Shown: one piece after another, positions 23,764 to 34,639 of the stretch
How the letters are laid out: every line of letters begins with the position of its first letter
How positions within the stretch are numbered: position 1 is the first letter of the stretch
Assembly (NCBI RefSeq): GCF_964204645.1
Contig: NC_134028.1
Location: 9,982,001 to 10,046,000, forward strand
DNA: 64,000 nt
Origin: Tubulanus polymorphus
Taxonomy: Eukaryota; Animalia; Nemertea
Direction: 5' to 3'
The notes under the pieces: model-generated
What the model saw: only the letters and a program-made list of their open reading frames with translations
The model's database searches: none
Told to the model about the DNA's origin: nothing
Made by a program: the position numbers and the translations under genes

Positions 23764-25209
23764 ATGGATGTAGAAGATTATGAAATGGAAGGCATGGGAA
23801 ATAATGATGATGCCAATACTAACAATGATGATTATATGACTGCTGATACTAATATTGATGATGATAATGATACAACATATAATTCTAATTTAGCAGATAG
23901 TGGTTCTAAAGGCCAATCAACAGATGAATTTGATAGAAGAACTAGATCGAGAATAAATCCTGAAAATGAAAATCAAGGTTTAGTAAAGAAAAATTTAGAA
24001 TATAATGGATATATTTATAATTTCAAACCTATATTTGAAAAATCTGGATATAATATAAATGCCAGAGGCGCCAGACTTTTAGTACAAGAATTAAAATCTT
24101 TAGATGGTGAATATTATTATCGTTTGAAAGATGATTATTATATTGATATCTCTTATAAAAAACAAGACAAAATATTAGCAGAATCAACTTTGCTTAAGTT
24201 AGACCTATCTAGAATTAAAAGAATAAGAAATAGTAATGAAATAGAAGATGTAACACAAGAAGAAATAAATCAAAATGAAAGAGTATTTAAACAAAGAATT
24301 AATGAATTATTTAAAACAATCGATAATAATTTAGAAACAGAAACAACTTCTGAACAGAATATAACTTCCAAAACTAGTAAACTTAAATCAAATAAAGTTC
24401 CAATTGAAAAACTTTTACCAAATGGATTACTTGATGCAACAGATCAAGAATTAGAAGATTTAGATATATTTTCTGATAAAGCAATTAGAGAAATTATTAG
24501 TATAAGACTTGCATCTGATAAAATTGCACATGATAAAAGTATAAGAGATTTTAAAATTAGATTTTTAGAAAAAGAATTAACTAATGCAAATGAAGAAATA
24601 GAACAATTAAAGTCTGATTTAGATCATCAGGTAATTGATGAAATAGAATATAGGCAAAAAGAATTACGTTTAGAAAAAGAAATTGATAATTTAAAAGATA
24701 ATTTAGAAGTACAAAAAGGTGAAAGAGATATATTATTAAAAGAATTTGGTAATAATTTTAAAAGATTAAAAGATGTTTTTAAAAGATATCTAATAAAACC
24801 AGATTCTAAAATATCATTGAAAGATAGAATAAAATTATTATTTAAGTTTGAAGGAATAACAATTCTTTCAATTCTAACAGCAGTAACTATGTTATTTACA
24901 ACAATTGGTTTAGCAATATCAAATACTTTAAAAACTACTCCTACTCCAAATAAACCGGATAAGCCCCCAGGTAATAATTCTATACAAGATAAAGTTAAAG
25001 ATGGTTTAAAGAAATTAGCAAAATATTTATGGGAACTATCTAAAAGATCTGCTGCAGCATTGCCAGGAGTTATTGCATCAATTGTTGGTTTTATATTGAA
25101 ATCTGCAGGAAACATTATTAACTTTGCTGCTGAACATATTATTTTATTTTCAATTACAGTTGTAAGTGCAATTATTTTTGGGTTAGTGAATATGATAAAA
25201 AATAAATAA
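23764..25209 (+). CDS. 481-aa acidic/coiled-coil protein with C-terminal TM helices
   Basis: Intact ORF with a heptad-rich middle and three hydrophobic segments at the C-terminus. Confidence 0.85.
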   Translation: MDVEDYEMEGMGNNDDANTNNDDYMTADTNIDDDNDTTYNSNLADSGSKGQSTDEFDRRTRSRINPENENQGLVKKNLEYNGYIYNFKPIFEKSGYNINARGARLLVQELKSLDGEYYYRLKDDYYIDISYKKQDKILAESTLLKLDLSRIKRIRNSNEIEDVTQEEINQNERVFKQRINELFKTIDNNLETETTSEQNITSKTSKLKSNKVPIEKLLPNGLLDATDQELEDLDIFSDKAIREIISIRLASDKIAHDKSIRDFKIRFLEKELTNANEEIEQLKSDLDHQVIDEIEYRQKELRLEKEIDNLKDNLEVQKGERDILLKEFGNNFKRLKDVFKRYLIKPDSKISLKDRIKLLFKFEGITILSILTAVTMLFTTIGLAISNTLKTTPTPNKPDKPPGNNSIQDKVKDGLKKLAKYLWELSKRSAAALPGVIASIVGFILKSAGNIINFAAEHIILFSITVVSAIIFGLVNMIKNK

Positions 25210-25229
25210 TTAATTTTTTTGTTAAATAA

Positions 25230-26477
25230 ATGAGTGGGATTTATATAAGTCCTTCTAAGATTTCTAGAATATCTAATGCTATTAAAGCAGAAAGATCACA
25301 TCATATAATTACTCATAATCTTTCAAATATTAATCCCGATGAAACTTTGTATGTTAGAATTCCTAGATTAACACAAAATACTTTTTATGTTCCAAATAGT
25401 ATTTATTTATCAGCCGATATAAAAGTAACTGGTAATAATAATAATTATGTTGTTGATAATGTTGGAAGATATTTGATTAAAAAATTAACTATAAAGATTG
25501 GTCCAGAAACAGTTTTCTCATTAGATGATTATAATTTATTTATGCATTATAAAGATTTATGGTTAACTAAAGAAAATAGAAATAATATGATATTTCAGGG
25601 TATTAAATCGGAAAACCATAATAAATTAAGATCTGAAGCCAATAATGCAGTAGTAACTAATGCTGTAGATAATTTGATAAAAAAGATTTATGGAAGCAAA
25701 TATAAAATTCCATTAGACTTTGAATTGATAAATAATAATGCACCTTTATATAAATACGCAATTCAAGAAGATATTATATTTGAGATAACATTTGCTCTTG
25801 TAAATGAAATTGTATAATCTAGCGTTGTTAAAGATATGGGTTATAAATTATCAAATATATGTTTAGAATATGACACAGTAACTAATGAAAATATTGCTAG
25901 CACAATTCAAACTCAATACAATCAAGGATTTTCATTATTATATGATTATATTGATAAATTTAAAACTGTAACTATTAATGCAAATGATGAAATTATTAAT
26001 GAGAATATTAACTTCCCAAGGAGATCTATTAAAGGTATATTAATATTTTTTACCATTGCAACATATACTAATGGCGCAATAAATGTTGATAATTATTATA
26101 ATCCTGAAATAACAAAAGTAGAAATAACTATCGAAGGAATAGCAAATAAAATATTTTGTCAAGGAATGAGAATGATAGATCAGTGTCCAGAAATTAGAAA
26201 ACATTTTATGAATGAAAAAGTGAAATCATCTGAAAATTGTAACATTAATCAAATTGATTATTATACCGGTAATAAATATGCATTATGGTTAGATTTTAGA
26301 ACAACAGAGGATAATTCATTACATGGTTCTGGGAAAAAACTACAGAACACTAAAGATGGAATACAATTATTCATGGCGAAGAAAAGAGGAGACAAAAATT
26401 TCAAAATGCACATTTATATTATATCTGACGCACAATTAAATATTGTAAATTCACAATTAGATAGTATTCAATATTAG
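25230..26477 (+). pseudogene. Major capsid protein (double jelly-roll), one in-frame stop at 25815-25817
   Basis: ~415 aa; NVGRYLIKKLTIKIG resembles the DJR-MCP signature; YKIPLDF, LSNICLEYD, IFFT and ALWLDF beta strands; located next to integrase/ATPase. Confidence 0.8.
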
Positions 26478-26507
26478 AAATATAAAGTTAAAATTAAGGA
26501 TATATAA

Positions 26508-27635
26508 ATGGGCGGTAAAAAAAACTCCTAATACTAAAGATCAATATTTAAGAAATTTATATTACAACCCTGAGAGTTCGGTTGCTTATTCTTCTACTAA
26601 AAATATATGGCGTCAAGTAAAACAAGATAAATTAGATAAGATAATCCCACAAAATTTAGTTAAATATAAAGATATAAATGAATTTATGTTAGAACAACAA
26701 CATACACAACACATAAAAAAATTGTTAGAAAATATAAAACTCGTAAAACTATAGTAAGTTATGTAGATCAACAGTGGCAAGGAGATTTAATTGATATGAA
26801 AATGTTAAGAAAGATAATGATGATTATTGGTGGTTATTGAATATAATTGATATTTTTAGTCGTTATGTATGGAGCTTCCCACTTTATAGAAAAGATGCTG
26901 TACAAACATCAAATGTTTTAAGAAAATTTCTTTCGGATGATAAACTAAAACCAGAAAAAAATACAATTTGATGATGGAAAAGAATTTGATAATTCACTTG
27001 TTCATGTACTCTTAGGCAATCATAATATTAAATATTTTTCAACAAAATCAAATAAAAAAGCAGCAGTTGTTGAACGATTTAATAGAACATTAAGAACAAG
27101 AATGTGGAAATATTTTACAGCAAATAATACTACTAAATGGATTGATGTTTTACCAAAATTGATAGAAGGATATAATAATTCTTATCATTCTTCTATTGGA
27201 ATGAAACCTATTGATGCTAGAAAACCTGAAAATGCTGAAATTGTTTGGAATAATTTATATGGAGCATTTCTTGTAGATGAATTTGGTGAACCTAAATTTA
27301 AAGTTGGTCAAAATGTTAGAATTTCTAAGTATAAAAAGATATTTGACAAAGGATACGATCGAAATTTTACTAGGGAAATATATAAAATAAAAAAGGTAAT
27401 AACAACAAAACCATATGTCTATAAATTAGAAGATTTAGATGGTGAAGAAGTTGATGGCTACTTTTACGAAGAAGAATTAAGTTTAACTACTGAAAATCTA
27501 GAACAAGAATATAAAATTGAAAAAGTATTAAAAACAAAAACTGTTAAAAGAAAAAAATATTCTTTAGTAAAATGGGTTGGATGGCCAGATAAATTTAATG
27601 AATGGATATTATCAAGTAAAATTAAAAATATATAA
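26508..27635 (+). pseudogene. int: Retroviral-like (rve) integrase with C-terminal chromodomain, frameshifted
   Basis: QQWQGDLIDM, IDIFSRY, IQFDDGKEF, KAAVVERFNRTL, YNNSYHSSIGMKP; chromodomain YKIEKVL...LVKWVGWPDKFNEW. Confidence 0.93.
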
Positions 27636-28244
27636 ATGAATAAGGAATTATTTATATTTGAACCTCATAATATGTTAATTTCTGGTGTAACAAATTGTGG
27701 AAAAACTTATTTTATATTAAATTTATTAGAAACTGTTTATAAAAACTATTTTGATAATATAGTATTATTTTGTCCAACATATGAATTTAATCAAACTTAT
27801 GACAGAAATATTACTAGAAATAATAAATTTATTATATTAGATCCTAAAACAGTAAAAGAAAATTTAGATAATTGTATAAAAATAGCAATTGATATTTATA
27901 AAGGATCAAATACATTATTTATCATAGATGATTGCGCAAATTTACATGATTCAAAAGTTAGAGAAAGTGAGTTATGTTATTTAGCTTTCTCTGGAAGACA
28001 TTTTGGGATAACAACATGGGTTTTAAATCAAAAATATAATTCAATTGTTAAAGACTTTAGGGAGAATATAAGATTTTTAGTATTATTCTACAATAAAGAT
28101 AGAAAATCGATGAAAAATGCGCTTGAGGAAAATGATGTTATTCCACATGATTTACATTATGAATATATGGATAAATTGAAAAATAATAAAAGATCAAAAT
28201 TACTATTTAGATTACAACACCCATTTAAATATGAATTTATTTAA
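27636..28244 (+). CDS. A32/FtsK-like DNA packaging ATPase
   Basis: Walker A GVTNCGKT, Walker B LFIIDD, arginine finger GRH, TWVLNQ. Confidence 0.93.
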   Translation: MNKELFIFEPHNMLISGVTNCGKTYFILNLLETVYKNYFDNIVLFCPTYEFNQTYDRNITRNNKFIILDPKTVKENLDNCIKIAIDIYKGSNTLFIIDDCANLHDSKVRESELCYLAFSGRHFGITTWVLNQKYNSIVKDFRENIRFLVLFYNKDRKSMKNALEENDVIPHDLHYEYMDKLKNNKRSKLLFRLQHPFKYEFI

Positions 28245-28246
28245 AT

Positions 28247-28520
28247 TCAACTGGCTTGTTAATCTAGTTGAATTCTAGTTACATTCTAGTTGAATTCTAG
28301 TTATTGGTAGTTGTAACAAAAATCAACTAGATTTAACAATATTTTAACTAGCTGGTTAATCTAGTTTAATTCTAGTTACATTCTAGTTGAATTCTAGTTG
28401 TTAGTAGTTGAAACAAAAATCAACTAGATTTAACATGAAATAAACAAGAACAACAATATTTCAACTAGCTTGTTAATCTAGTAGAATTCTAGTTACATTC
28501 TAGTTGAATTCTAGTTGCAA
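28247..28520. repeat. Intergenic CTAG-rich repeat array (three ~55-bp blocks)
   Basis: ttaatctagttgaattctagttacattctagttgaattctagtt occurs three times, separated by aacaaaaatcaactagatttaaca. Confidence 0.85.
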
Positions 28521-28548
28521 CATCACAACTAATTTTTTTGTTATATAA

Positions 28549-29158
28549 ATGGTAGGTGAAAAGAAAGTAAAATCTAAAAATGTATGGTGATGTTCCAATT
28601 GAAAAAACTTTAGATGATTTAGGAATAACAGAAAACAAATTAATTCCAGATGATGGTGCTTTAAATAATGTTACAACAAATAATAATTATGAATATTATC
28701 TTTACTGTAAACATCAATTAGAAATATTAATAGCATCTGGAAAATGTAAAAATTTTTTCGGTAAAAATTTAACTTATAATGAATTAAACACAATGAAATC
28801 AGATGAAATTATTAGATTATTTAAGATTTATGAAGCCGCGAGAACAGCTAGAATTAATGACGCGATATCAGAAAATGTAGTAAAAGGTTATAGTAAATTA
28901 TGTAATTATATACTACCAATTGAAGATGAAAATAGATTATATTCCGATTTAAAAAATGACTATTTAGTTATGACTGAATTAAATAAATGGATTGGATATT
29001 TATCATTTCAATTAGGCGGATTTATGACATTATTATCAACTGGGGTTATAACATTTTCAAATATTGAAAGTAAAAATATTTCTATAATAAATGAGCGAGG
29101 TGGAAGAAGTGAAGGAATTAACTGTGAAGAAAAAACCGAGATCACAGAAACAAATTGA
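28549..29158 (+). pseudogene. ~200-aa conserved element protein (LYSDLKNDYLV family), 5' frameshift
   Basis: Homologue of the intact ORF 53135-53737; TAAATG start at 28549. Confidence 0.75.
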
Positions 29159-29459
29159 ATGGTCTCGGCAATTAGGAATTAAATCACAAGAATATAAAAA
29201 AGCTGTAAAAGGAAAAATAAGTAATAAAAATGTTAATAAAAATGGTGAAAATATTGTTATTTCTACTACTTCTGATAATAGAATATTTGATAAATATTTA
29301 TATTTTACAGTTGGATTTGTAATTGTATTCATTTTGATTGGGTGTAATTGGTATAAGAAATCAAATAAAATTCATGATATTAATAATTCTGAAACAACTG
29401 CTATTAAAAATGAAAATACTTCTGAAATTCCAAAATTGACAATAAAAAAAATGGATTAA
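29091..29459 (+). CDS. 122-aa basic single-TM protein
   Basis: KKPRSQKQIEWSRQLG motif and TM segment shared with 52783-53142. Confidence 0.75.
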   Translation: MSEVEEVKELTVKKKPRSQKQIEWSRQLGIKSQEYKKAVKGKISNKNVNKNGENIVISTTSDNRIFDKYLYFTVGFVIVFILIGCNWYKKSNKIHDINNSETTAIKNENTSEIPKLTIKKMD

Positions 29460-29868
29460 TATTTTAGAAAAAAAGCAAAAAAAATAATTGAATATCTCAC
29501 TACTTTCGTCTATCACTGTATGGGTGCCGTTTATGGCACCATCTATGCGGAGCAATTAAATTGTCCAGATAAGTCATTTCGGATTCTAGATATTCATTAT
29601 TTTTATTAATTTATTTTGTTTTTTTAATTTGAAGTTTTTACTTGAATATTGTATTACAGTCGTTTCTTATTATTAGTTTTTTCTTAAATTGAAAGATGGC
29701 AGCACTGGGCGGGGTGTGATGCTGAAATGAATATTTGAATTTGAATTTGTTAATCAATTAACATGGTAATCGATTACTAATTTGATTAAAAATTATATCA
29801 TAATTAAGTTAAAAATCCATAATTCATTTATCAGTTTTCATTCTTATATTCTTTTCATTCGGAATAAT

Positions 29869-30081
29869 TTATAAAAATACTTTAAATTCTCGTGTACTAA
29901 CATTACAGTTGCTTAAATTCGCTGATACTTTCTCTCCATATTTAGTTTTTATCTTTTCTAATTTCAATATTTTATATTCAATTTCTTTTGTAACATCAAC
30001 TAACTTTTTTATTTCGAATTGTTTTTTTGCTGGTTTTATTCTGTTATTTATTGTTGCTAAGAATGCTTTTCTATCTCCCAT
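29869..30081 (-). pseudogene. Small TKYG-motif protein (possible OB-fold), 3' decayed
   Basis: TAAATG start; KKL...YKI...TKYGEKV...FKVFL resembles the ORF at 42887-43239. Confidence 0.55.
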
Positions 30082-30395
30082 TTATAACGAAAACAAATTA
30101 CTTGTGGTGATGAGTGGGGATTACTTCCCCCTGTATATAACAAACACGCTATTAACCGTTCTCACCCAAGCCTCACAGCATCTATTTATCCGGGCACTGT
30201 TGACACGCAATCACTGTACTACTACAGTAATAGCACACGCGTTAATAACCGTTCTCAGTAGAGACTCACTGTATCGATCTATCCACGCGCAGATGTTGTT
30301 ACGCGCACTCACTGTATATGTGTATCACAGAGCAATCGTCCGTTCTCACTAGAGCCTAGCTGTGATGAGTGGTGTCCCATACTCAATTGAATTAT

Positions 30396-30463
30396 TGCTT
30401 GTGGTGATGAGTGGTGTCTCGCCCTCTCGCCCTCTGATCTGAAAGCCCACTTTTCCAATTACT
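30396..30463 (-). repeat. Right TIR of copy B
   Basis: cttgtggtgatgagtggtgtctcgccctctcgccctctgatctgaaagcccacttttccaattact is the inverse of 13643-13712 with several mismatches. Confidence 0.9.
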
Positions 30464-30937
30464 CTTGTCATTGTTATTCAAGTCCAGGTTTAACATGGGA
30501 TTGTGGATTAAAATTTACAGATATAAAAATGGATTTGTTAACAAATATAGATCAATTACTATTATTTGAAAAATCTATAAGAGGAGGAGTTTCAGGTGTA
30601 TTAGGTGATAGATATTTCAATGTAAATGATAACCCTGCATATAAGTTATTATATATAGATGCAAATAATTTGTATGGTTGGGCAATGATGGAACCACAAC
30701 CTTATGGAGTATTTGAATTAACTGAAGTTTTACAGAATGAAAATAATGATAAATTTGATTGGAAGAAAAGAATCCTAGATATTGCAGATGATTCAGATAC
30801 TGGTTACTTCTTTGTCTTTGTTGTAGATTTAGAATATCCTGAACATATTAAATTTAAATCTAGAAATCTAACTTACTGTCCCGAACATAAAACTGTAACT
30901 CATGAAGAATTATCAAATTACCAGAAAAAAAATTAAA
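30464..30937 (+). pseudogene. pPolB: pPolB fragment of copy C (RGG and motif A region)
   Basis: CHCYSSPGLTWDCGLKFT...SIRGGVSG...YIDANNLYGWAM...DLEYP. Confidence 0.92.
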
Positions 30938-31089
30938 AACACATTATTATTCGAAAATGGAATTATCAAATTCATGGAATCAATTGTAAAGCTGAAAAAA
31001 GAAAACGGTTATGCTTCGGTCAAATGAATGATGGATAATTTGTTACCTAGCAGTGCGGGTTTGCATAGAACGTGTGATTCAGCTGTTAG

Positions 31090-31195
31090 CACTGACCGAG
31101 GCTACAATATTGTAACCTAGGTCGGTTCACTGCACAACTTTTTTTGTAAACACTGACCGAGGCTACAATATTGTAGCCTAGATCGGTTCACTGCA
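31090..31195. repeat. Left subterminal palindromic repeats (2 copies, 61-bp period)
   Basis: cactgaccgaggctacaatattgta(a/g)cctag core, containing the palindrome aggctacaatattgtagcct. Confidence 0.85.
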
Positions 31196-33403
31196 TGACC
31201 TTTGCTTGCGATTACTGGCCCAACCCCAGTCGGTTGCTTTTACAGTATTTGAAGTACTGGCCAATTGGATGTTACTATAAATAAACAGTATTTTGAAGAT
31301 GTGGTGACAGAGAGAATCTGTTTTTATTTCGTCTTGTGAAGGTCCTACTGTTCGCTATTCTGTGTCAAAGTATGAATTGAAATATAAAGGATGGAGTTAG
31401 TTTCCTTTCCCGATACTGTATTTATGCTTTTAATCATGAAGGATAATTATGTTATAGCAATTATAGTGATAACCTACGACAGTTTCAAATTCACGTATTA
31501 GAAAACGACAATTATCTTTAGATTCCAAATTTCATTTGGAAAGCGGCGTTTATGCGCACAATTCCTAAAATGTCAGAATTCCGAAAACTAGGGATTCACA
31601 CGGTTAGAATGTTAACTAAATAAGTTTCGTCCGAGCAAATGATTACTATAAGAAACTAACGGCGAAACTTCACGGGTTGGTGCGCTCTGTGCGCTGCATG
31701 AATGGGTTTTTGGAATCAAATGTAAAATACCGGCCGTGTGCATGTTCGGATTTGTACCGATACATTGAGTTTAGTTCAATTTTTTGATCATTATAGTTTA
31801 GGAGCTCTGTGTGACGTCACTGAGCGCGCTGATCAAAAATAGTCTGCACACTGTGAGCATCACATGTTGCTTGGTTTTAAAGGACAGTGTGCTAATTGAC
31901 TATATGAATATGGGCTTGACCTAAATTTTCTTCCTGACAGAGGAATGTATAATCGCACTGATATAGCTGTCTTGCTAGCTTGAAGGGTGTTTGAACTTCG
32001 CCGAATTCAGTTAAAATTCAATTAAATACCATAATTAATAAAATCTTATTGACGGAAATTTACCACTATATTTAAGTAATTTTTCAGTGCGTTTTAAAAT
32101 TACATTGAATTCATCGTTCGAGGTCAATGATGGCGCAAAACAATTTAAATTGAATCCAGTTGGGAGAATATTCCCTTACTTTAGGGTGATTTAGTATTTT
32201 ATGAATCAAGAAATTATTTACAATGGACTTATTTTCCGCTAGCAGCAAAACAACACACTGCTATCTGAACTGTCAATCATTACGTCGTGTCTATTTTAAC
32301 AAGTAGATATAGACTAAAAAGGATGCGTGGTTCCCACGCGAGAACCAAACAAGACGGTTGTTAGTGGACATACTCAAGTTGGATGGTCAACAACGGTTTA
32401 AATAATTTATAAAAACAGATGTAAGCAGTTGTAAACTTGTGAACAGAGGAAATATCAACATATATACACAATTGTGTCTAACTTTCTCCTGTCTGGTTTT
32501 ATGTTAAATATATATTTTGTTTGAATCAATATTCAAATATCGATCCAGAAGAGCAATTCGGCCAACAACATTTTATCTTGAGTTTGAAAAAATGACCTGT
32601 TGACTCGGTAAGAAGGCTCGATTTACCGGGTGCGCACTACTATGTTTTAAATGGCTATGAAAACGGAGTCGAACCAAGAACAGCAATTAAGCTTGATGTC
32701 TCGTTTCCCTCACAGATGACATATATCAGAATCAGTTTTCTCAAAATCTGTTTCTTATCGAAGTCCTTGATTCGTGCTTGAATATGTACATAAGATTTTA
32801 CAAATGAACACAAAGATATAACAAGAATTGAGGTCTTGGTTATACGGTGACAAGTCGAATCGTTTGGAACTAAGAAAAATCCTCAGACTTAGAAAAGTCT
32901 GACTTAAGTTGAATTTCCGAAAAGTACGACTACTAATCGTTTTTGTTATCGGAAATTAAATCAACATCCTCTACATCTAATGTATCTATTGATACGAAAC
33001 GGTTTTTGGACCGTAGATAGATTGAAAGTTACGGAGAGGGAGGGGTAGCTCTATCGCATTAAAACATTATTGCTCAGTTATACATATGGCATTCATCCAT
33101 TTAGCTCAAACAACAAACACACTTCTGCGCAGAAAAATACCAAGGCTATTTATGCTTAATCATGTACTTTATTGATACAGACAATAAAATCGCTGTCCGC
33201 GTTGTGTCCCCTTGCTTAAGTCACGTTTGTTATCTAATACAAATTAATAATGGTCAGCAGAATTTAAGGGCTTTCACCGTTGAGTAGTAGCCTATCTGTC
33301 ATGAGGCCTGATCATGCACATGTGTTATATTAGAAATACAATATAGCTTTTCAATTTTTTAGGCGAAAAGTTGCTTTAAATATATTCGCCGCGTCTTGAT
33401 TTT

Positions 33404-34124
33404 CTTGAGGGATTTCTCTTGATTGTTAAAACAATATCAAATCATCCTGTCTCAAAAAGTATGAAACCTAGAAATATGTAGCCAATTTGGAATTGGATGA
33501 AATGTTCAAATTCAAAATTCAAATTCAAAGCCATTCGACCCTGTTATCAAACATATCAGTGTTCTTTAAAACACTTGTTAAATATCGGAGGATTTTTAAG
33601 CCGAGCTTCAAACATTTCGATTGCTGAACTAAAATGATTATGTGACATGTAATTATCCAAGACTATGAATATGTTTTAGGTGACCGTTTAAGGTGTTCCT
33701 TTTATCCGGGAAGGATTTGTTTCAATCTCAATTTTAAGATATCAACAGATCACTATGAAAAGTCCTTGAGGGATTTCTCTTGATTGTTAAAACAATATCA
33801 AATCATCCTGTCTCAAAAAGTATGAAACCTAGAAATATGTAGCCAATTTGGAATTGGATGAAATGTTCAAATTCAAAATTCAAATTCAAAGCCATTCGAC
33901 CCTGTTATCAAACATATCAGTGTTCTTTAAAACACTTGTTAAATATCGGAGGATTTTTAAGCCGAGCTTCAAACATTTCGATTGCTGAACTAAAATGATT
34001 ATGTGACATGTAATTATCCAAGACTATGAATATGTTTTAGGTGACCGTTTAAGGTGTTCCTTTTATCCGGGAAGGATTTGTTTCAATCTCAATTTTAAGA
34101 TATCAACAGATCACTATGAAAAGT
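33404..34124. repeat. Tandem duplication, 2 x 360 bp
   Basis: 33404-33763 and 33765-34124 read identical. Confidence 0.9.
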
Positions 34125-34639
34125 AACGCTATCGAGTGATCGCTGGCAGATTTAGCAGTTAAAATCGCCACACGTGTTCAATGTTTGCATTGATACAGGC
34201 GATTAGAGGGACACATGGCATCCACTGCATATAAAACAGTAGATAGATTTCTGGAGATTTAAAGTTTGGATGCTCTGATGAACTCTATCAGCTGTTGGTT
34301 GGTTAAAGCATAGCAGTGCTAAATTTCTATGGTTATAGTACATTGCAGGTGACCCAAATGATTCGCCTTCTGCCTGCATATTATAAACCTGGTACCTACG
34401 AGCATGGACTCTTTTAGATGGATGCCTGGACGTTATAGTACAGTGTTCATGACTATAGAACCGGGTGACCCGAATTCCCCACCTGACTGAAAATCTCATA
34501 GCGGAGGTAACGCGTATATCTTTGCTGCACACCGATCTCCTTGAAAGGTTAAAATGCTATTTTTGTGTCTATACTTTTAACACAGGGTACATGAATATTT
34601 AACTAATACTTTTAAACAAGATTTCTTCAGAATAAAAAC

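Larger units (their letters stand above)
13643..30463 (+). mobile_element. Polinton/Maverick-like endogenous virus, copy B (16.8 kb, TIR to TIR)
   Basis: AGTAATTGG...CCAATTACT termini enclose pPolB, penton, MCP, integrase and ATPase; size is typical for Polintons. Confidence 0.95.
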
